A stretch of 64,000 nucleotides of DNA, taken from NCBI RefSeq assembly GCF_006345805.1, contig NC_043002.1, positions 116,932,001 through 116,996,000 on the forward strand, given 5' to 3'. This document shows positions 55,656-64,000 of the stretch, piece by piece (the stretch's first letter is position 1; the number at the start of each line of letters is the position of its first letter). The position numbers were made by a program, and so were the translations under genes. A model generated the notes under the pieces. It ran no database searches and was not told the DNA's origin. It saw only the letters and a list, made by a program, of their open reading frames with translations. The DNA is from Octopus sinensis. Taxonomy: Eukaryota.

Positions 55656-57984
55656 TGTTTACATAAATGCATTAATATCGCCTGTAGGCACGCACACACA
55701 CACACCCACAACACTCACACATACACACACGCACACACGCGCACGCGGGCATGCACACCTATATTAGGTGTATCTAATCAATTGATGAAGCGATCCATAA
55801 TTCGAAGAAGGATTCATAACTCAATACATCCAGTATAATTTTTTTATTCATAACAATATCATGCGTGTTATAACACGCTTATATATTAGACAAGTCGTCT
55901 GCAGATCTGAATTAGTACATTAAGTTTCATCATTCTAGTTGTTAAAGAGAGAAATATTAATGGAAAATGGGATCATTGATCGAGAAACAAGGATGAAAGA
56001 GATGAAGCAAGGCAATGTAGAGAGTAGGTGGACTATCATCAATAAATATATAGAAGGCCTTTTTTTGTAGTAAAAAAAAACTGTGAGCAAGAAACTATAT
56101 GAAAATGGAGAGTAGATATTTCAAAGGAAAATTGTGGGAGGAGATATTTACAGCATTTGGAAACACCCTATTTATATCTTCTACCCTCGATAACATTTTA
56201 TTCTCGTCCTTTGTTTTATATGCTCCCTCCCTCGTAGCTTCCCCTTTGCACACAGACACGCACACAAACACGCACGCACGCACACATAAATTATATATAT
56301 ATATACATACAATTTCTATACTACATAGCTATATTTATATATGTGTATCTATATGTGTTATATGTATGTATAAATATATAATATATAATATATATATACG
56401 CATATATGTATATACGTATACATCTTTATGTCCTAGGTATTTACATATATGTACCCACATATGTATGAAATTCACATGTATAAATTTATATTTACGCTAG
56501 TATATACATATATTTATATTATGTATTGACACACACATGTGCTCATTCACATTCACCCGCCCAAAAGCACGTACAAGTAGACACATGCACGCAATGCACA
56601 CAATGCACTGGAACTTCAAGTATTTAATTATGATGAAATTTATAATATATCTATATGTGTGCATGTGTATGTATGTGTGAGTACGCGCGCGCGTGATCGT
56701 GTATGTGTGTGTTTGTGCGTTGTGTGGCTGCATATGTGTAATTTATCGGAAGTTCAGCCTTTACAAATTATTATTCTAAGTTCCTCGTCGCCGATCTTCG
56801 GGCAATTTTGGAAAATAGAACATACATTTGAAATATGTAGGGCATAAACTTTTTTAAATGCCATCAGAAACACTATTTAATAGACAGAAATTATCGAAGG
56901 TATGATTTTGGCTAAAGCTATAGGCTTGAATCGTTGTTTGGAAAATTGAAACTGATGAAAGAAAACTAATATTTGGCAACAATAAAATAATACTGTCGGT
57001 ATGAATGCTTCGTTATCGATCCATATGATGCATCCGCATAAAAATAAATATGAAGAATTACGGAAAATAAATACGGAAATATATGTGAAATAATAATACC
57101 ACACATATATATATATATATATATCAATGAAAAACAATAAATTCAGTGCATGGCAAATAAATTTTAATGGTTAATCCCTAAAATACAGTGAAAATAATTA
57201 ACAGTAATTGTCATTGGAAAGCTTTAATCTATGATGCTAAATCCGAATTCAACAATCTACTGTTTCAGATTTTATATTAGCTTGACGGAAAACTCCTTTC
57301 TAACTTTATTTCAACTTATTTTATCAACTTATTCACACATTTATTAAATCTGAAAGAATATATGAACACAGCTCTTTCCATAACTATTTTGTGCTTGAAA
57401 AAGCAAAATGTATTGCATTTAAAATCCAATGGTTGATTATCAGTCACGTCTCGGCTTATGGACATGGTAGTTTCCGTTTCAATCTGCATCGAAAACATTG
57501 TTTATATGAGAAATTATTGATCTTATTTCAATAACACAAAGGATTAAACGAGCGTTCAGAGAAGCTTGGTTATTGCAGACATTCTTAGAAATACCCACGT
57601 CATATTATCCAAATGGTTAAAATTAAACAGCCCAAATTATAATTGAAAATCACTCGATAATATTTGTTTCACCATTTTATTAATTTCCACTTTTTAGAAT
57701 ACGTCATACATAAGCATTACGACTACTTTCTATTTTTTGTTAGGTTGTACTGGATTAAATTTATCAGTAGTGCTCGCGATTTCAAAGGTATAACACATAT
57801 ATGCATATGCGCGTGTGTATAAGTATGCATGATCCTATCAATATGTGTGTGGGTATACATACATATATGTATATATTTGTGTGTGTGCAGTGTGTGCATG
57901 TATGTGTGTGTGCATGTACGTGTGCGTGTGTTTGCGAGTGTGTATAGGTTTTCTGAAATGGTACACAAATTTCATGTATTACGA

Positions 57985-58081
57985 AATGGAGGTGGTCAGA
58001 ATTTTAGATAATTATTTATTGAATGCTTTCATTTTGTTTACGAGATTCATCCGGAAAGATTTTTTGCAGAAAAGTTATGCC

Positions 58082-58177
<96 letters not shown>

Positions 58178-58800
58178 GTTAGTTGATAAAATCTAGAGCT
58201 GAGGTAGGAAGGGAATGTTCTTTGTGTCTTGAATCTAAATGTGCCTATATATGTGTGAATTTGTGCGTGTATGTTTGTGTGGTGGAATTTTGGAGGCTTG
58301 GTTAAAGGGAGAAAAAACAAAAAAAGAAAGAAAGACAGGAAGAACTAGAGAAGCCCAGAAAGAAAAGAAAACAAAGAAAAAGAGAAAGGGGTATTTTACC
58401 TGATGTAGTTGAAATTGCATTGTTTCGTCATGCAGTTTCAACCATCTCAGAAAAATGTCCCTTTCTCTCTTTTTCGTTTCTTTTCTCTTTCTTCCTGTCC
58501 TTTTTCATTCATTTGTTTTTCGTCTTCTTTGTTCTCCCCCTAACCAAGCCAATGAAAATTCACAATACACACATACTTACTCACACTTACAAACACACAT
58601 ATACACACATATTTATGCACGCATACAGATTCAAAATAACAAAGAAGATTCTCTTCCAAAACCAACTCCAGATTTTTTCAACTAATTCGCAAATATAGAT
58701 AAAAGGTATTGATTTTCTGTAAAACAAATCGTTCCTAATTAATCTCGAAAACGAGATGAAAGCAATAAAAAAAATTATTATACAAAATTCTGGCTAACCC
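57985..58800. repeat. ~800-bp degenerate palindrome (foldback)
   Basis: Arms pair outwards from the centre gttgaaattgcat-tgtttcgtc-atgcagtttcaac (~58425) to cagaatttt/aaaattctg. The left arm is interrupted by (TA)n(TG)n. Confidence 0.8.
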
Positions 58801-59501
58801 ACTTAATATATGTGTGAATGTACTCGCATAATATACCGATCGATGCACAGACAGATTTCCGTCCGTTTGTGTAGCAAGAATATTGAGTCTTGCCTTATGC
58901 TCGTGAAAGAGTGTGGATACAATAACTACATACCCATGAAAAACTTCGGTGGCGAATGCTTGTGCTACATTGATATAGAACTTGTCGACTTTCTTAATCC
59001 GTTAACGTGAAAGCGAGCAATATCTGTCGTAATTGTCAGGTATTACTAAAACTACATGTTTTTATATACGACTGCCTGTTATGCGCATCTAGAAATGCAT
59101 GTAAAATACACATATATATGCACATATAAAATTATAAGAATAAGCATAAACCACCTTCCTCATCAGGCAAACGACGGCCCAGCAGGTTAAACTAGCTTAT
59201 ATGGTTACCCGTATCAGGTTGCACGTTTTCAGACTTTGATCTATGACTGATGATATATCCATTCACCCATATATACATACATTCATGCCTATATATATAC
59301 GTATATGTTATATATATATATATACATGTATATAATAATATACATCCGCATATATGCATACATGGGTATCCCTTTACACACACACATTTCTAACAATGTT
59401 TGCAATACCAAGCTTCTCGGAATGTCCCTTTGCATTGTTGAAATAACGGAAATAATTTCTCATGTAATATACATGGGGGTGCGCGCGCGTGTGTATGCAT
59501 G

Positions 59502-59558
<57 letters not shown>

Positions 59559-59559
59559 T

Positions 59560-59623
<64 letters not shown>

Positions 59624-59653
59624 GTATGTATATATTATATACATATATATATT

Positions 59654-59700
<47 letters not shown>

Positions 59701-59722
59701 GTATATATATATATATAATATA

Positions 59723-59795
<73 letters not shown>

Positions 59796-60689
59796 CAACT
59801 CATCGATATGTGTGCGTATTACTTCAGATGTCATAAAATTTCAGGGAACAATTTCAATTTAACAGCTATGCACAACGATTTCGCTATTTTTAAAATAGTC
59901 AAACTTTTGCCTTGCAATGAAGCGTAAGCTGTGCAGGTTTCATGTCTCGGTCGCTAGAAAATGTGGCTTCTGTTTCACTGCATTTTAGCCTTAATTTCTT
60001 TTTTAAAACTTACATCTAAGACAAACATTTAATAGTCTTAGAAATTAATCTATTTTGGAAATTTTCGGACTTTTCGAAATTAATTAGATATGGTGCTAAT
60101 TTTCTTCGCATGCAGCGTCAAACTTTCTGGCGTATCCAGTTTGTATATTTTTCACAGCGATGTCAACATTGAATTTGTGTTGCTAATGGCCGTATATGTG
60201 CGTGTGTGTCTGTATGACTGATGTTTGCACATATGTGTATTCATATTTTATTTATATTTGCCATTTACTTCACGACTTTAGTTTGAAACACTTCATGCAA
60301 GAGATATTATAATTCGGAATGTTTTATTTTATAACTTCCACTGTGTTTATACTCGTATGCACCCGTTGACTAGTTTGTTTTATATTCCCATGGGTTGGCT
60401 CTTATTTTTTGTCTTCTAAATTAGCTGCTATATTTCTTTGTATGTAGCCGAGAGTTTATTTTTATTAGGGGCATGTTTAAATGCACAACATTCTGTTTGT
60501 TGTTTTATGTTTGCTGTATTTAAGGGCAATTTGTATCGTTATGATTATATTTGTTGAATTTATCTGTTAATCGCATTTTAGGTATTTTTTAACTAACTTT
60601 CATTAGAAGATATTTGATTATGGAAAATGAGGATGATATTTTAATATTTTTTTGTATTGTAGATCAGGAATACAAAATCATAAAACGCA

Positions 60690-61100
60690 CCATAGATATA
60701 GATCACCAAACAAATATCATGCCAAAGTGCACGCAAAACACACCTGCAAACTCATGCAAGTGCCCCAAAACAAGAACATGCCCTCTACGTGAAAACTGCC
60801 TAAAGACGGACAAAGTCTGCAAAGCAGCAATATCACAAGAATTTCAAATGGAAAGAAAAAATTCATCAGCGCTACAAGCGGGATTTTTCATAGATAGACA
60901 CACACGATACACGCACACATTCCAGGACATGAACAGAATAAACGCAACATCTCTGTCTGAACGCATATGGGAGTTAAAACAAAATGATATAATCGCAAAA
61001 ATAAAATGGAAAATAACTGGCTGAGCAACATCATGCATAAGTAGTTCCGTATTATGGCCTTTGTGCATCACAGAAGAATACGACATAATTTCAATCCTTA
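60690..61100 (+). mobile_element. PLE linker zinc-finger plus GIY-YIG endonuclease fragment
   Basis: NSCKCPKTRTCPLRENCL...VCKAAI, F.DRHTRYTHTF, NATSLSERIWELK...IKWKI, C.LC.TE; same architecture as the element at 39960-40380. Confidence 0.8.
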
Positions 61101-61166
61101 TGTAGATGTAGCTTATAGGTCTGCCTGACTTGCATATAATACATTAGCTAGCACGTTGCTTATTAA

Positions 61167-61346
<180 letters not shown>

Positions 61347-61400
61347 TGGTGATTGGCAGAGAGAAAGAGAGAGAGTTATTTTTCGGATCGCCTAAAGGTG

Positions 61401-61450
61401 CATCTTTTCTGATGAGATGACAGTCATTCCCCAAACAGATCTGTAAGATG
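61401..61450 (+). ncRNA. Degenerate hammerhead motif downstream of a PLE endonuclease fragment
   Basis: catct ttt CTGATGA gatgac a gtcatt cccc AAAC agatct GTA agatg; G12 is lost; stem III is the 10-nt palindrome ACAGATCTGT. Confidence 0.5.
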
Positions 61451-62739
61451 TTTTTATATTGTTTTACCTTTTTATCATCTTCAATAGTCACAGTTAGAGA
61501 TTCCGAATAAATAATTTAGATCTTATTGACATTAAACGTATCAGATTATTTGATTATGCTGTTCTCTCTATAAAAAACTATGCTATTTCATTATCAATGG
61601 GACCGATCACCGAACTACATGAAACACCGATAGTGCTTCATAAAGTAATTAAGATGCTTAGTTCGTCTCATAAGGGAGTAATCTTCCCTACTTTGACGTG
61701 TATAAGTATTCTTAGTTACATTCTTTACGTAGACGAAATATACTGTTTTAAGACATAGCTGTAGAAAATATGTATTTAAAACAAGTGTAAGTTTATCTAC
61801 AGTATTCATGTATCAGGTATTCTTGCGATCTCTTTATGTACATGTACTGACTCTATATATATGGTGTGTTTATGTGAGCATATGTATATAAGTATATAGT
61901 AACAGTTAAAGGACTAAAAAATTCAATTTGATACACTTGTAAAAATTTGATCAAATTGAACCTCATAACAATTAATATTCTGACATATATCAATATGTGC
62001 GTCCGTGTGTGTGTATGTGTGTGTGTCTGTGTGTGTGTGTGTGCTTGTGCGTACACATATATAGATATACAGATGTATCGATACATAATGTTTGAGTAAG
62101 ATACTATTCCTTAACGAATAATAAAATGAAAATAAAATTAGAGGGTACGGAGAAAGACGAGATGTAAAAAAAAGAGGAACGGTGCAGAAAACAAAAAGAA
62201 AATAGGAAAGGATACAAAAGAAGGGAAAGGATGTACAAAGCAAAGAAAAATAATTGTGTAACATGGTAGAAGGAAAGAACGATGTAGAACAAAATAAAAT
62301 AGAAAGATAGGTAAGAAGGGCATCATTGAATTGTATCTTGGCGTATCGTAAATTATATAAATTTAACGTTAAATGGGAATATACATAGAACGAAGAATGA
62401 AAATTAATTAGAAGAATGAAACTTCAAACGGAAAACATAGTGATATAAGAATATGCATCACTGAGAACCTCTAGGTGGAGGATTAGGATTAAGAACAGAA
62501 TTTTTAAACACTTGTTTAAAGTTGAATATCATTAAGTTAAACATCATTTGTTTTATATGATCTTATACTTTTTCACCAATAAGGTATCTTTCTCCCAATA
62601 ACAAACTATGCTCCTTTTCTATATATATATTAATACACTAAAATGCCAAACTAAACGTACCCATTATCTTTACAAATTTGTAATTCATAATTCAGAATCA
62701 AATCTATCGAAAACATGCTGACCACCTTATAGCCAAATT

Positions 62740-63500
62740 AACTCCTTAACTGAATGTATAAATCAAAACGATTGCTTTTTCACATATAATGAGTTGTAAG
62801 TCTCAACAGAATGGAAGAATCTACATTTGGGATGCTTTTAATGGAACTGAAAATACATTTCTATTAAATTCCTTACTGAATATGTTTCAAAGCCAAATAA
62901 TATTGCTGTAGCATTAACTTTTTCAGGTATAGCTACTACGCTATTGCATGGAGGTCTCACAGTTCATTTTGCATTCAAACTTCCTTACGATTTAGCTACA
63001 CATGATGATGTCGTCTGTAAAGTTATTATTAAGGAATTATTAAAAGATGTGAACTTATAGCTTCAGATGCGAGTTTACTAAAAAGCTTTGGAGGCCTTGA
63101 ATAGGACTCTACAAAATATAAGAAACCTGAACACTTCGGTTGGATGTGTTACTTCAGATATGAGGATATATTTTATCACTTACAGCAAAAGGAACGAAAG
63201 CCGATGGAAACTGGGTATACCTTGTTTGTAATGCAGTGTTGAAATCTTGAAGCTTACAACTGACATGGAAGCAACAATTTATGGTGATCAAAATTTAGGA
63301 TTATTTGCTGATCAGTTGCCACAGCTTGGTGAAAGAACAAGTTCCTATGGACTCCAACAACAAAGATCTTTTATCAACAATCAGTATTGTTCCAGTGTGT
63401 TCATGAATTAATAGGAAAACTGAATTTAATAATTTATCGCTACGAATGTGTGAAAAAGCAGTATTAGACTTAGATTTAGATTTCTCATGAGGCCTAAGAA
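62740..63500 (+). mobile_element. Degenerate Helitron PIF1-type helicase fragment
   Basis: Remnants include a Walker A-like DA..GT..TFLLN.L, NIAVAL..SGIATTLLHGG.T.H.AFKLP, KALEALNRTLQNIRN, VEILKLTT.M and FADQL.QLGE. Confidence 0.8.
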
Positions 63501-63554
63501 TCATAAATCCAAAACTTCATTTGGGTTTCAAGGTGTATAAGTTATTGTGATTAC

Positions 63555-63740
63555 AACACTGCTCTCATAACAGAACGCCGGTCTATCGCAGGAAAAACGT
63601 TTCAGCTATTGCTGATATTTATTTACATGAAATGAGGGATTTTGCTTTAAAACACAATGCCCTCCCGGTCCAGGAATCCCCACGTCGATTTTATGAACGT
63701 TACTACAGCACCATAAACAATAGGCCACATACCTTCACAT
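63555..63740 (-). mobile_element. Degenerate tRNA-derived SINE
   Basis: Minus strand gtgaaggtatgtggcct...gattcctggaccgg...ttgtgtttt resembles the heads at 43972 and 45455. Confidence 0.5.
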
Positions 63741-64000
63741 AAAAAAGAATTTGATGCTAGAACAATACAGCATTTAAATTTAGCAGCCAAATCCTACTCG
63801 AAGAGAATCAATTCAAATTATTATCGATCAAAATGAAGTTGCTAACTAAGCAATCTCCAGGATAGCTAACTGGCTCACCAGCTACAACTTAGAATGTGAC
63901 TCTTATAATGCTTCTACGGAATTTAGTTCAGCATAATCGCTGCAGTGGTACTATTTCAATAATAAAGACATTATAGCCTCGAATCACTGAAGCATAAATT

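Overview
AT-rich, microsatellite-dense eukaryotic genomic DNA. The SINE families and (TA)n/(CA)n/(TACA)n/(TAA)n load point to an octopod cephalopod (inference). Almost all ORFs in the six-frame track are microsatellite artefacts. The only host coding sequence I can support is a pair of tandemly duplicated minus-strand exons (29393-29479, 87 nt; 29269-29352, 84 nt). They encode the pore-lining M2 helix and M2-M3 loop of a nicotinic acetylcholine receptor-type Cys-loop subunit, equivalent to alpha7 exon 8. Only 40 nt separate them, which suggests mutually exclusive splicing of the channel pore exon. I could not find the neighbouring exons, so the rest of the window is probably two very long introns. 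These contain many Penelope-like retroelement (PLE) remnants, including one near-full RT/GIY-YIG element with three pseudo-LTR copies, and about ten minimal hammerhead-ribozyme (HHR) motifs. Two of these carry a G3:C8 core swap, and two sit in inverted repeats where one arm has an internally deleted ribozyme. There are also CR1/L2, RTE and R4/Dong-type LINE fragments, tRNA-derived SINEs, mariner, hAT-MITE and Helitron remnants, minisatellites and local inverted duplications. Transposon boundaries are approximate and all calls were read by eye.
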